This document shows, piece by piece, positions 21,073-30,239 of a DNA stretch of 64,000 bases. The stretch spans positions 1,824,001-1,888,000 of the forward strand of contig OY771555.1 in NCBI GenBank assembly GCA_963674785.1, read 5' to 3'. Source of the stretch: Caldisericia bacterium (GTDB taxonomy: Bacteria > Caldisericota > Caldisericia > JAAYUI01). Numbering within the stretch: the first letter of the stretch is position 1; each line of letters starts with the position of its first letter. A program made the translations under genes and the position numbers. A model generated the notes under the pieces. The model did not search any database and was not told where the DNA came from. It saw only the letters and a program-made list of their open reading frames with translations.

Positions 21073-22296
21073 ATGCCAGAAGATACTATCGTTGCACCAG
21101 CTTCTGCTCTTGTTTCCCAGGCAGTCGGCATAGTTAGAATTTCTGGCTCAAAATCATTTGATTTCGTTAAAGACATAATTTTTCCCGAAAAGCTCCCAGA
21201 ACCTGGGAGCTTTTCTTATAGAAAGATAATTGATTTTGAAACAAAGAATATTTTAGATACGGGGATTGTTCTTGTTTTTAAAAATCCCCACTCATTTACC
21301 GGTGAAGATTCTGTGGAAATACAGGTTCATGGAAGCCCAATAGTTTTAAATCGAATAACCGAACTTCTCGTCAAAAAAGGTGCAAGATATGCTGACCCTG
21401 GTGAGTTTTCATACAGAGCTTTCGTTAACGGAAAATCCACTATATCTGAACTTGAACTTGGCAATGTCATCACCAACGCAAAATCTTTTTCTGAAACAAA
21501 GGGAATTACTAAATCAATAGACAGAATTCGAAAATCTTTGACTGAGCTTGTTACTGAGCTTGAAGCTGCAATCAGTTACCCAAATTACACCGATTTCAAT
21601 GAAACGGTTTTCAACGACAAGCTTTCAAACCTCGTCAAAATGGTTAAATCACTGCTTGAATCATCTACCATCCCTGGTCTGCCTCAGGTTGTCTTAGCAG
21701 GACCACCAAATGCTGGAAAATCAACCTTGTTTAACCATCTTCTTGGATTTGAAAGAACTGTTGTCTCTGATAAGGCCGGAACGACAAGAGATTATGTAAA
21801 GGCAATTATCAACATAAATGACAGAGAAGTCGAAATAGTTGATGGCCCAGGTCTTGATATTGATAACCCAGACTCTGGACAGGATTTGGTAAAGACTCTT
21901 ATCTCGACATCTGATCTTGTGCTCTGGATGGATCCCGAAGAAAATCCTGTAAATATCAATAACAACCATCTTTTCATAAAATCAAAATCTGAAGGTCAAA
22001 CAGACACTTCGAACAACTGGATTGAAGTTTCAGTCAAAGAAAAAATCGGTGTTGATAGGTTAAAAGAGGCACTCATAAAATCACTTCCAAAACACGAATT
22101 TATTACTACAAAACGTCAATACAATATCCTAACTTCTCTCATGGACGCAGTAACAAGAGCGAATAATTCAACAGAGTTTGATATTAAAGCTTTCGAACTA
22201 AATTCCGCCCTGAAGATGGTTTCTGAACTTGATGGAATCAACTGCCCAACTGAAACACTAAAAAATATTTTTGGATCATTTTGTATCGGTAAATAA
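21073..22296 (+). CDS. mnmE: tRNA modification GTPase MnmE (compact, divergent)
   Basis: DTIVAPAS, VRISG, SFTGEDSVEIQVHG, PGEFSYRAFVNGK, GPPNAGKS, GTTRD, C-terminal FCIGK. Confidence 0.9.
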   Translation: MPEDTIVAPASALVSQAVGIVRISGSKSFDFVKDIIFPEKLPEPGSFSYRKIIDFETKNILDTGIVLVFKNPHSFTGEDSVEIQVHGSPIVLNRITELLVKKGARYADPGEFSYRAFVNGKSTISELELGNVITNAKSFSETKGITKSIDRIRKSLTELVTELEAAISYPNYTDFNETVFNDKLSNLVKMVKSLLESSTIPGLPQVVLAGPPNAGKSTLFNHLLGFERTVVSDKAGTTRDYVKAIININDREVEIVDGPGLDIDNPDSGQDLVKTLISTSDLVLWMDPEENPVNINNNHLFIKSKSEGQTDTSNNWIEVSVKEKIGVDRLKEALIKSLPKHEFITTKRQYNILTSLMDAVTRANNSTEFDIKAFELNSALKMVSELDGINCPTETLKNIFGSFCIGK

Positions 22297-23316
22297 TCAT
22301 TTCAAACTTGATCTCATATAGGTTCCACCTGGAAGTTTTTTTATAATATTTTTCAAATCTAAAACTGTTAAAACTGGTAAAACAGCCTCCGGAGGAAGAT
22401 TTAGAGCTGTGCAAAGTTCATCTAGTGTAAGCGGATTTGAACAAGCTGCAACAACCTTTGATTCAAGATCGCTTAAAACAGTTTCGTTACTCTGAAGACC
22501 CACACCAAGGACTTCAAGCACATCATTTGGGGAATCAACGAGGATCGCTGAATCCTTTATCAACCTGTTGCATCCAGCAAAACTGTTCATACCAGGAAGC
22601 CCTGGGCAAGCCATCACATCTCTTCCAAGCTCCATTGCTTTCCTTGCAGTTATTAATGCTCCAGACTTTTCTGGGGCTTCAACGACAACAATGGCAGATG
22701 AAAGTGCTGCAATTATTCTATTTCTCCAGGTGAATGTCCATTTGCCTGCAGGGAAATTATCTGGGAATTCCGAAACAATAGCTCCTTTTTTAATAATCCT
22801 CTCAGCAAAGGATTTTTTTCTACTTGTGAGCTTCCCGATACCTGAACCGATAACGGCAACAGTTGTTCCATCCGCATCAAGACAGCCTTCATGTGATGAG
22901 CTATCTATACCATCTGCAAGGCCTGAAACAATAGAAATACCAGAGCTTGCTATGTCTCTGGCAAACGATCTTGCAATGTGCATGCCCTGAGGTGTTGCCT
23001 TTCTTGTTCCAACCATGGCAACGGAATTTTTTGAAACTTCATTAAGATCTGCATTACCCCTCATAAATAAACAAACCGGTGGGCTTTCAAGGTGAAAAAG
23101 CGCCACCGGATATTTTTCATCATCCTGAGTAATAATCTCAGAATCAGACTCTCTTAACTCAACCTCAGCAAACTTTCGGGCTTCGCTGAGGGCTTTCTTA
23201 TCAATACTACCTAGAATACTGTCCGGACTATTTTCTTTTACAGCCGAACAGATGGAAGGCTTCCTGCTTGCAAGAATTGCAAGAGTCAACCAATCCAATC
23301 TAGATAACTCACTCAC
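22297..23316 (-). CDS. dprA: DNA-processing protein DprA
   Basis: VGTRKAT, VSGLADGID, RNRIIAALS, VVEAPEKSGALITA, C-terminal winged helix. Confidence 0.95.
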   Translation of the reverse strand: MSELSRLDWLTLAILASRKPSICSAVKENSPDSILGSIDKKALSEARKFAEVELRESDSEIITQDDEKYPVALFHLESPPVCLFMRGNADLNEVSKNSVAMVGTRKATPQGMHIARSFARDIASSGISIVSGLADGIDSSSHEGCLDADGTTVAVIGSGIGKLTSRKKSFAERIIKKGAIVSEFPDNFPAGKWTFTWRNRIIAALSSAIVVVEAPEKSGALITARKAMELGRDVMACPGLPGMNSFAGCNRLIKDSAILVDSPNDVLEVLGVGLQSNETVLSDLESKVVAACSNPLTLDELCTALNLPPEAVLPVLTVLDLKNIIKKLPGGTYMRSSLK

Positions 23317-23582
23317 TATAGCTTTTTATTATAGACCCAAGTCAATGAAGCCAAACCGGTGAAAACCAAAAAGGCACCGAAAGAGGCAACAACCCACTGC
23401 TGAAATGGAGTTTTGTCAAGCAGATATTTCATACTTCCTGCCGAACTCATCAATCTCTCAACTCTTTTAATGTTGTCGGGTCGAATGGCATCCCATACCT
23501 CAAGACCAATTATCAAACAAAGACAGAGGGCTGCAAGCGCCACAAGGACAAACATAATTGCGGTTGCTTTTTCTTCCTTCAT
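23316..23582 (-). CDS. small two-TM membrane protein, last gene of the Rieske/cytb-Flx operon
   Basis: Two hydrophobic segments; abuts the neighbouring genes. Confidence 0.7.
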   Translation of the reverse strand: MKEEKATAIMFVLVALAALCLCLIIGLEVWDAIRPDNIKRVERLMSSAGSMKYLLDKTPFQQWVVASFGAFLVFTGLASLTWVYNKKL

Positions 23583-23831
23583 CTATTTTTCCTTTCCTAA
23601 CAAATTCTCAAAAAATGATACTTTTCTTGTGATTCTTCCCCTTGCCTTTTCAGATGCATACATCCCAAAAACGAGAAGAAACATCGAAACCAAAAAGAGC
23701 AAAAAGAAAACAATAATCTGAAAATAGAGCATAAACCCACTAAAATCAGATTTGACTAAATTTACTATCTGAGAAACTGAGAATATCGCAGCAAACAAAG
23801 CCAAGAAGAAAAGTATCAAATGTTTGTTCAT
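23583..23831 (-). CDS. small two-TM membrane protein in the Rieske/cytb-Flx operon
   Basis: Two hydrophobic segments; 1-nt overlap with the cytochrome b stop, GAGG SD. Confidence 0.7.
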   Translation of the reverse strand: MNKHLILFFLALFAAIFSVSQIVNLVKSDFSGFMLYFQIIVFFLLFLVSMFLLVFGMYASEKARGRITRKVSFFENLLGKEK

Positions 23832-25885
23832 TATTCGGCTCTCACCTCTACCAAACCAGGGTCAATTCCGAGTTTTTCAGCAAGAACTTTCTTTTTATTG
23901 GATTTCCTCATACGCCACCAGACATAAAGCAGGAAGGCAACAATAAACACAAAAGCATTAAAGAGAAGAATTGCATTTATATACAACTGTCTTTGAGCAT
24001 CTTGGAACGGAATCCAATAAGCAGCCAATGAACCAAACAAGAAGAAGGTTAGACCGCCAATCGCAAGCGTGATAAGTCCAGGTCTTCCCTTGGCTGATCT
24101 TTCGGGTCGTTTGTCAAACAGTGGAAACATGACAAGGAAAACAATGAATAGTAGCGTAACGAGTGTTCCAACATATCCCGGAAGGAATTTCAAATAGAAG
24201 TAGACAAATAGGAAATACCAATCCGGCAGAATATGGTCGGGCGTTTTTACGGTGTTCGGAGGTGGTTCGTTTGCCGCAGGCAGATATAAACACGCGGAAA
24301 CAATTACAACCACAAGCAATAGTATTGCAATCCAATTTATCTTTGGTCGCTTTTTCCTTGATCTGATAAAGTATATCTCTGCCATCATAAATAGAAGGAT
24401 CGGCAAGAAATAATGGATAATATTGAATCTGAGGATTGTTGTTTGTCCAACCTGATGAGCTCCAAGACCCATATACTTTAGAGCTGAACCAAGACCTAAT
24501 TGTCCAATAACCGGCATACTATCCAGAGAATTCATCATCTGAGTACCAACAGTCGTAGCCCAGTATGCCCTTTGGTCGAATGGAAGAAGGTAACCTGTGA
24601 CACCAGAGAATGTTATTAGAACGACAATGATTGTAAGGAGTATCCAAGTAAGTTCGCCTGGTTTTTTAAACTCACCACAGAAAAACATTCTTATCCACCT
24701 AAGCATAAGAAGTGCAATAATTCCGTATGCACCATATCTATGGATTCCTCTTATCCACTGGGTAAGAGGTTTTTTTGAGATTTCTGCAACAGAATTATAA
24801 GCTCTGGTTACTGTCACGCCCAAATCTTCTGTGATTGTGTCGGCAGATTTTCCCATCAAACCAGTAAGTTCTTCAACAGCAATCTTCACAGCATCATCTT
24901 TACCATGGGCAAAATGATGGAGCTTTTCTTTCTGTTCTTCCGACAGGTTAGCAAAAATTGGTTCAAGTTTTTGAGATTCTTCGATTGCATCGGGAATAGG
25001 TAATCCAGCATATGTTGTACCATCAATGACTTCAGCTTTTGTTTTTCCCGCAAACTGAAGAATGCTTCTCTCATAATCAGTGACCGTATCGCTTTCCTTG
25101 AGCATTGCTTCATCTGCTTCAGCAATCATATCATCAATTGTGATAGTTGTCTTTTCACCATTTTCAATCTTTGCTATAGGTAGCCCATAAGAAAGAAGTG
25201 TTGTAGAATCCTCGCTCAACCTATAAATAGAAAACAACTCAATGATATGGTCTCGAAGAACATCAGCTTCATCAATGGCCTCGGTTATCTGAGTTTCTCC
25301 ATGATATGTTCCGGCAACCAAATCATCAGCATCCTCAGAGGCAAGTTCCATGATTTTAAGATAGTTTTCATCACAGGCAACTTGCTCTTCATCTGTCATC
25401 TTCTTGTATTCTTTTTCATGACTTTTACCAAGAGTAATGAGTCCCTCAAGGTCTCTGACAGGTGAATCGATCTCAAGATTTTCGACTACATATTCAAAAT
25501 CCTTTTTTCCAACAACCTCAAAAATCTCTCTCTGGTGTTCAGAATCAAAATCATAATGCTCGATAAAAAGATGATGAATCTCCTCTGCCTCTTCCATCAC
25601 CATCTCATATGTATGTCCATGTGAATACGTAACAAGCCCGGGTTCAACTTTATCAACTGGTGTGGTGTCAGGAATATAGAGGAATGTCAACACAAGCCCG
25701 AGGCAGACCTGCAAAATGAGCAACACATATATCATAGAACCCATCCAGTAGAATGGATTCGATTTCTTATACTCAGGTGTATTTTCATCCAGAATATTCA
25801 TATTCTGGGCTCTATCTCTCCACCATCTCATCCACTTTTTCGAGAAGTTTGAGAGCCAAATTGCAAATTTATCTGTAATACTCAC
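23831..25885 (-). CDS. cytochrome b (Rieske/cytb family) with ~285-aa insert; Qo motif PDWY, bL His retained, bH His replaced
   Basis: IRGIHRY, FKKPGELTW, TGYLLPFDQRAYWA, GQTTILRF..IH, TPDHILPDWYFL; His382/His491 present, Arg396/Tyr505 at the bH positions. Confidence 0.92.
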   Translation of the reverse strand: MSITDKFAIWLSNFSKKWMRWWRDRAQNMNILDENTPEYKKSNPFYWMGSMIYVLLILQVCLGLVLTFLYIPDTTPVDKVEPGLVTYSHGHTYEMVMEEAEEIHHLFIEHYDFDSEHQREIFEVVGKKDFEYVVENLEIDSPVRDLEGLITLGKSHEKEYKKMTDEEQVACDENYLKIMELASEDADDLVAGTYHGETQITEAIDEADVLRDHIIELFSIYRLSEDSTTLLSYGLPIAKIENGEKTTITIDDMIAEADEAMLKESDTVTDYERSILQFAGKTKAEVIDGTTYAGLPIPDAIEESQKLEPIFANLSEEQKEKLHHFAHGKDDAVKIAVEELTGLMGKSADTITEDLGVTVTRAYNSVAEISKKPLTQWIRGIHRYGAYGIIALLMLRWIRMFFCGEFKKPGELTWILLTIIVVLITFSGVTGYLLPFDQRAYWATTVGTQMMNSLDSMPVIGQLGLGSALKYMGLGAHQVGQTTILRFNIIHYFLPILLFMMAEIYFIRSRKKRPKINWIAILLLVVVIVSACLYLPAANEPPPNTVKTPDHILPDWYFLFVYFYLKFLPGYVGTLVTLLFIVFLVMFPLFDKRPERSAKGRPGLITLAIGGLTFFLFGSLAAYWIPFQDAQRQLYINAILLFNAFVFIVAFLLYVWWRMRKSNKKKVLAEKLGIDPGLVEVRAE

Positions 25886-25899
25886 CTATCTCCTCCTTC

Positions 25900-26742
25900 T
25901 CAAAATACCGGCATTTCATCAACTTGTGCAGCTGAGAAAACTGGACCATCCTGACATACATAGTGATGTCCAACATTGCACCGACCACATTTTCCAAATC
26001 CACAATTCATTCTTGCTTCAAGTGAAACAAAAATGTTTTCTTTTGGGAAGCCAATCTTATCGAGTGCTATCAATGTGAACTTGATCATTATCGGTGGACC
26101 AGACGCTATAACTGCAGTATTGGTAAATCCTGGGTCATCCTTAAACAGAAGCGATGACTTGTTTGCGAATTCTTTATCATAGAACTGAGGTACAACACCT
26201 ACATCGTGAGTCCAATTTTTGTCACCGTTATCAACAGTCAGCTTGATGTCAAAGTCTTTGACAGATTTCCATTCATCAAGTTCTGGTTTGAAAACAAGGT
26301 CACCTGGTGTTCTTGCTCCATACAAAAGCTCCATTCTTTTGAAGTCATTTCTGTTATCAAAAGTATACTGCATAATGTTGCTAATAGCTGGAAGCCCAAC
26401 ACCACCAGCCATGAATGAAATATTCTTGCCTTTAAGTTTGTCTACTGGGAAGCCATTTCCAAATGGTCCCCTGAATGTGAGATTGTCACCAACTAAGTGC
26501 TCATGGATTTTTTCAGTAACCGCACCAACACTGGCAATAGTAAGCTTGATAAATCCCTTCTGAGTTGGGGATGAACCGATAGAGATTGCGGATTCACCAA
26601 CACCCGGAACACCAACAATACAAAACTGACCAGGATTATAATTCAAATCATTCTTGAGTTTCAGCTTGAATGATTTTATAGACTCTGTTTCATTGATAAT
26701 TTCTAAAATTTCAACTATTTCTGGTTTTGACATATCTGTCAT
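25900..26742 (-). CDS. FAD/NAD(P)-binding [2Fe-2S] oxidoreductase (FlxA / sulfhydrogenase gamma / AsrB-like)
   Basis: PGQF...GESAISI, RGPFGNGF, GGVG, YGART, GPPIM, CGFGKCGRC...VCQDGP; AGGAGG SD before ATG 26742. Confidence 0.9.
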   Translation of the reverse strand: MTDMSKPEIVEILEIINETESIKSFKLKLKNDLNYNPGQFCIVGVPGVGESAISIGSSPTQKGFIKLTIASVGAVTEKIHEHLVGDNLTFRGPFGNGFPVDKLKGKNISFMAGGVGLPAISNIMQYTFDNRNDFKRMELLYGARTPGDLVFKPELDEWKSVKDFDIKLTVDNGDKNWTHDVGVVPQFYDKEFANKSSLLFKDDPGFTNTAVIASGPPIMIKFTLIALDKIGFPKENIFVSLEARMNCGFGKCGRCNVGHHYVCQDGPVFSAAQVDEMPVF

Positions 26743-27782
26743 AAAACACCTCCTAATGAGGCTAATGTGTCTGCAAGAGAGATTCCAGCAGGACAAAGGT
26801 CTGTGCATCTTCCACAACCTGTACATGCAATCTCGCCATAGAGAGTCACATGATATTCAAATTTATCCAAGATTCTGTTTTTGAATCTGTCAGCGGTTGT
26901 TGGTCGCGGGTTGTGTCCGGATGCCTCAAGGCTGTATGTGCAGAAACTACAAGAGTCCCAGCATTTAATCTTTTCAGATTCATCTGGTTTCGTCTTGATC
27001 TCTCTGGTTTCAAAACAGTGACATGTCGGGCAAAGAAGGGTACAGACACCACATGTGATACAACCCATGCTAACTTCTTCCCAAACATCTGTTTTCTTGT
27101 AGAGATCCATGAGTTTTCCGGCGTTTTCTGTTGGAACCTTCAAAGTAATCATGGATTCACATTTTTTGTTTGCCTCAGCCTGGGCAGCAGCGGGATTTCC
27201 ATCATCTGTGAAGAAGGATTTATTATCAGCAAGGAATTTTTTTCCTTTTTCTGAAACCTGCATCACAGTGTATCCACCAATGTCTGGAATAAAGAGAAGG
27301 TCTGAACCCTTTTCATCTGCAGGATGAATTCCAAGTGATGTACATGAACAGGTTGAAAGAGGTTTTGTGCAGGCAACCGAAAAAACAAGGGTTTTTTCAC
27401 GATGTTTCTTCCACTGTGGATCAATATGCTTCTGCTCTCCACCATCTTTTCTTTTTGTGTCCATAAAGAAATTATCAAGGAGCATAAATCCTTTTGCATC
27501 GCACGGTCTCACACCAAAAATTACAGTGTTCTCGATTTCAGGTGCTTCTTTAATTTCAAGTATTTTTCCAGCGGTCGATCTTGTTGTAAGAATTTTTTCT
27601 GTCTGCGGAAAGATAATCTCTTTTGGTGGTGTTTTTGTTCTAACTGTATCCAAATCTATTTTTGCATTTTCAGCAATTAGATGAAAATTTGTTGTTCCAT
27701 CAATCTTCTGAGGGACAAAAACTCTCGCATTATCAGAGATTGTAAGAAGAAGTTCGTTAAGTTTATCGTGTGTAATCTTCAT
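26739..27782 (-). CDS. 4Fe-4S protein (FlxB / sulfhydrogenase beta / AsrA-like)
   Basis: PKEIIFP, GVRPCD, CITCGVCTLLCPTCHCF, WDSC, CTGCGRCTDLCP. Confidence 0.88.
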   Translation of the reverse strand: MKITHDKLNELLLTISDNARVFVPQKIDGTTNFHLIAENAKIDLDTVRTKTPPKEIIFPQTEKILTTRSTAGKILEIKEAPEIENTVIFGVRPCDAKGFMLLDNFFMDTKRKDGGEQKHIDPQWKKHREKTLVFSVACTKPLSTCSCTSLGIHPADEKGSDLLFIPDIGGYTVMQVSEKGKKFLADNKSFFTDDGNPAAAQAEANKKCESMITLKVPTENAGKLMDLYKKTDVWEEVSMGCITCGVCTLLCPTCHCFETREIKTKPDESEKIKCWDSCSFCTYSLEASGHNPRPTTADRFKNRILDKFEYHVTLYGEIACTGCGRCTDLCPAGISLADTLASLGGVL

Positions 27783-27787
27783 AAAAA

Positions 27788-28780
27788 TCAACCCCCTAAA
27801 ACTTCCTCACCCTTTATGAGTGACAATGGGGATGTAGCCTTTTCAGAGATTCCAGCGGCAAATTCCCAGTTTTCCTTCTGCATCAGTCTGAGCTGGTCTG
27901 TAATAATATTCAATGGAATATTCTCAGGACACGCCCTTGTACATTCGCCACAACCAGTGCATCTGTCTGAAAGGTGGTAAAAGTGAATAAAATGATACTG
28001 CAGAATGTCTTTTAGTTCGTGTGATTTATGAATGAATGGTTCAGGAAGCTTCTGCCTGTCCATAACACAGTTCTCATTACAATGACAGCCTGGGCAGGCA
28101 TCTCTACACGCAAAACACATTACACATCTTGAGAGGTGTTTTAAAATGAAGTCCTGTCTCACATGGAATGGTTTATCTTTATATTCAGAAACCCAATCCA
28201 TATTCATTTCATCCTTTGACTCTCTTGGATCGTCATCTGGAATCAAAAGATCGAAGTTATCTGGTTTTGTGATTGAACAATGGATACATTTTGGAAGCAA
28301 CCAATCTTCTCTCTCGAGTTTCATCTTTGAACCATCGAGGAGTTCAAGCTGAATACTCTTTCCATCATCAATGATTTCTTTTGAGTCAATATGAAGTGAA
28401 TCTCTCATTCGAGATACATCAAGGTTTCCTGAGCAGTTTACTCCTAGTACCCAGAAACCGTGTCTGTCGAGTTTACTCTCAGAGACGCTGACTTTTATCG
28501 ATTTTGAATCACACCCTTTAACAAGAATTCCAATTTTTTTCTTTGGCTGTTTCAAAGATTTTATGAAGTTGCTTTTTCCTTCAATCATCCTCACAAGGTT
28601 TTGAGTGCAGAACGAATCGTAAACCAACTTATCAGCATCCTCTGCTGTCCTACAAACGAATGGTCTTCTTTTTCCAGATATTCCGTCTACTTTTCTATAA
28701 CCGATAAAAGCAGAGATTTTTCCAGAGTTAAGCTCATCTTTTACTACCTCGCGGAGGTACTCTAAAATCTGTGTGTTCAT
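27788..28780 (-). CDS. 4Fe-4S protein (FlxC / FdhB-FrhB-like)
   Basis: KGCDSK, KCIHC, CVMCFACRDACPGCHC, CTGCGECTRACP. Confidence 0.85.
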   Translation of the reverse strand: MNTQILEYLREVVKDELNSGKISAFIGYRKVDGISGKRRPFVCRTAEDADKLVYDSFCTQNLVRMIEGKSNFIKSLKQPKKKIGILVKGCDSKSIKVSVSESKLDRHGFWVLGVNCSGNLDVSRMRDSLHIDSKEIIDDGKSIQLELLDGSKMKLEREDWLLPKCIHCSITKPDNFDLLIPDDDPRESKDEMNMDWVSEYKDKPFHVRQDFILKHLSRCVMCFACRDACPGCHCNENCVMDRQKLPEPFIHKSHELKDILQYHFIHFYHLSDRCTGCGECTRACPENIPLNIITDQLRLMQKENWEFAAGISEKATSPLSLIKGEEVLGG

Positions 28781-29184
28781 ACAGCAACCTCCTTTTCAGC
28801 AAGATTCTTTTTTAGAGATGAGATTGTTCTTGTGAGTTGACCAGGGTCAAGCCTGTCTCTTTGAATGTAAACCATTCTCCATGGGTCAATTCCAAGAGCC
28901 TCAGCTACATTTTTTGCTGAGAAGACCCTTCTTTTTGCAAATTGGTTTCCATCAAAATTGTGGCAATCAAACTCGGGGCAGGCGTAAACAATAACACCAC
29001 CCGCACCCTCCATTAGTGACTTAAACATAACAATAGGGTTTACCATTCCAGCACAAGCAATTTCGACAAAATCGACGCTTGGAAACCTGTTTTTATGTTC
29101 TTCAAGATGTTTTCCTCGAAGAGAACCTTTACAATGAAGAACAATGATTTTCTCACCAATAGGAAGTTCTACTGACTTATGCAT
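28777..29184 (-). CDS. MvhD/FlxD-type [2Fe-2S] subunit
   Basis: Four-Cys pattern LHC...IACAGMVNP...GAGGVIVYAC...DCH..GN..AKRR typical of MvhD. Confidence 0.88.
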   Translation of the reverse strand: MHKSVELPIGEKIIVLHCKGSLRGKHLEEHKNRFPSVDFVEIACAGMVNPIVMFKSLMEGAGGVIVYACPEFDCHNFDGNQFAKRRVFSAKNVAEALGIDPWRMVYIQRDRLDPGQLTRTISSLKKNLAEKEVAV

Positions 29185-30239
29185 ATATCCCTCATTCCCT
29201 GGAGCAATCCTTTGCTCTCCATTCCTTCAAGTTCAATCACCTGAGGAAGACAACCAGCAACGCATATCCCACAAGCCTGACATCTTCTCGGCGTAACATA
29301 TGCAACCTGTTTGGTTTCAGTTCTGTTGATTTTATATGTTTTTTTGCTTATTGCATTTTTTGGACAAAGAGTAATGCATGCAAAGCAACCATTACATCTG
29401 GCAGGGTCAACTTTCGCTGCTTTTGTAATCTTTTTGCCAATAAGAGGTAATGCTACAAGCAGACCCACAATGCCAACCCAAACGATCTGTGCAATGTTTT
29501 GAGATGGCAGTTTTATCATCCATAATCCAACCCAATCAAATGAATATTTAGCAAATTTCATTTTCATTTCGGCTTCAGGGATTGGGAATAGTGCAATAAT
29601 TATTGCAAGGAAACCCAATGAGATAATCGTAAGAGCAATTGTTGGAACAATTGGTGGTCTCGAAATTCTGACGAAATGCCAAATGAGTCCAGCAAAAACA
29701 AGAATAGGAAGACCAATGTGTACAGCTCTGTAAATAACCAGCAGGGCACCAGAAGAAATCGACATCCCGAAGAACTCAACAATTTTAAATGACCTTGCAT
29801 CCATAGGAAGAATATATCCAGAAACAGTGATTCCAATGGTCATAATAAGAAGACCAATACCGACATACCAACCAACTGATCTTGTGCTTGTATGTCTTCC
29901 TGCAAAAAGTTTTCTGAGTAGATGCAATACAGCAAAGATTATCATTGCATCTGCTGCATACCTGTGGAGTGTTCTGATAAATAATCCATAAGGTACCATA
30001 TCAGACATAATGTAAAGAACAGAGTTTCTCGCATGTTCAATCGATGGCATATAAAAGAAACTAAGAAGGAACCCTGAGATTATCTGAACAAGAAAAAACA
30101 ATAATGTCAGAGAGCCAAGATGATTGAAAATATTAATTGATGAAAAACCTGCCTTTAAAACGTCAGCGATTCCAAGAAACCCATTAATGAAAAAATTAAA
30201 AGGTTTTCTAAGACTATAAGCATCTCGTCTACTCATCAT
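29169..30239 (-). CDS. cytochrome b (four heme His) fused to a C-terminal 2x[4Fe-4S] ferredoxin domain
   Basis: IRTLHRY...VLH (H92/H106), SGYILPMD, AVH...IWH (H174/H188); CNGCFACITLCP and CQACGICVAGC; no PEWY motif. Confidence 0.9.
   Translation of the reverse strand: MMSRRDAYSLRKPFNFFINGFLGIADVLKAGFSSINIFNHLGSLTLLFFLVQIISGFLLSFFYMPSIEHARNSVLYIMSDMVPYGLFIRTLHRYAADAMIIFAVLHLLRKLFAGRHTSTRSVGWYVGIGLLIMTIGITVSGYILPMDARSFKIVEFFGMSISSGALLVIYRAVHIGLPILVFAGLIWHFVRISRPPIVPTIALTIISLGFLAIIIALFPIPEAEMKMKFAKYSFDWVGLWMIKLPSQNIAQIVWVGIVGLLVALPLIGKKITKAAKVDPARCNGCFACITLCPKNAISKKTYKINRTETKQVAYVTPRRCQACGICVAGCLPQVIELEGMESKGLLQGMRDICISQ

Noticed and set aside
25900-27791. Annotation as anaerobic sulfite reductase AsrAB or as a sulfhydrogenase
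   Set aside because: No AsrC or NiFe subunits; the adjacent FlxC and MvhD homologues fit an Flx module better
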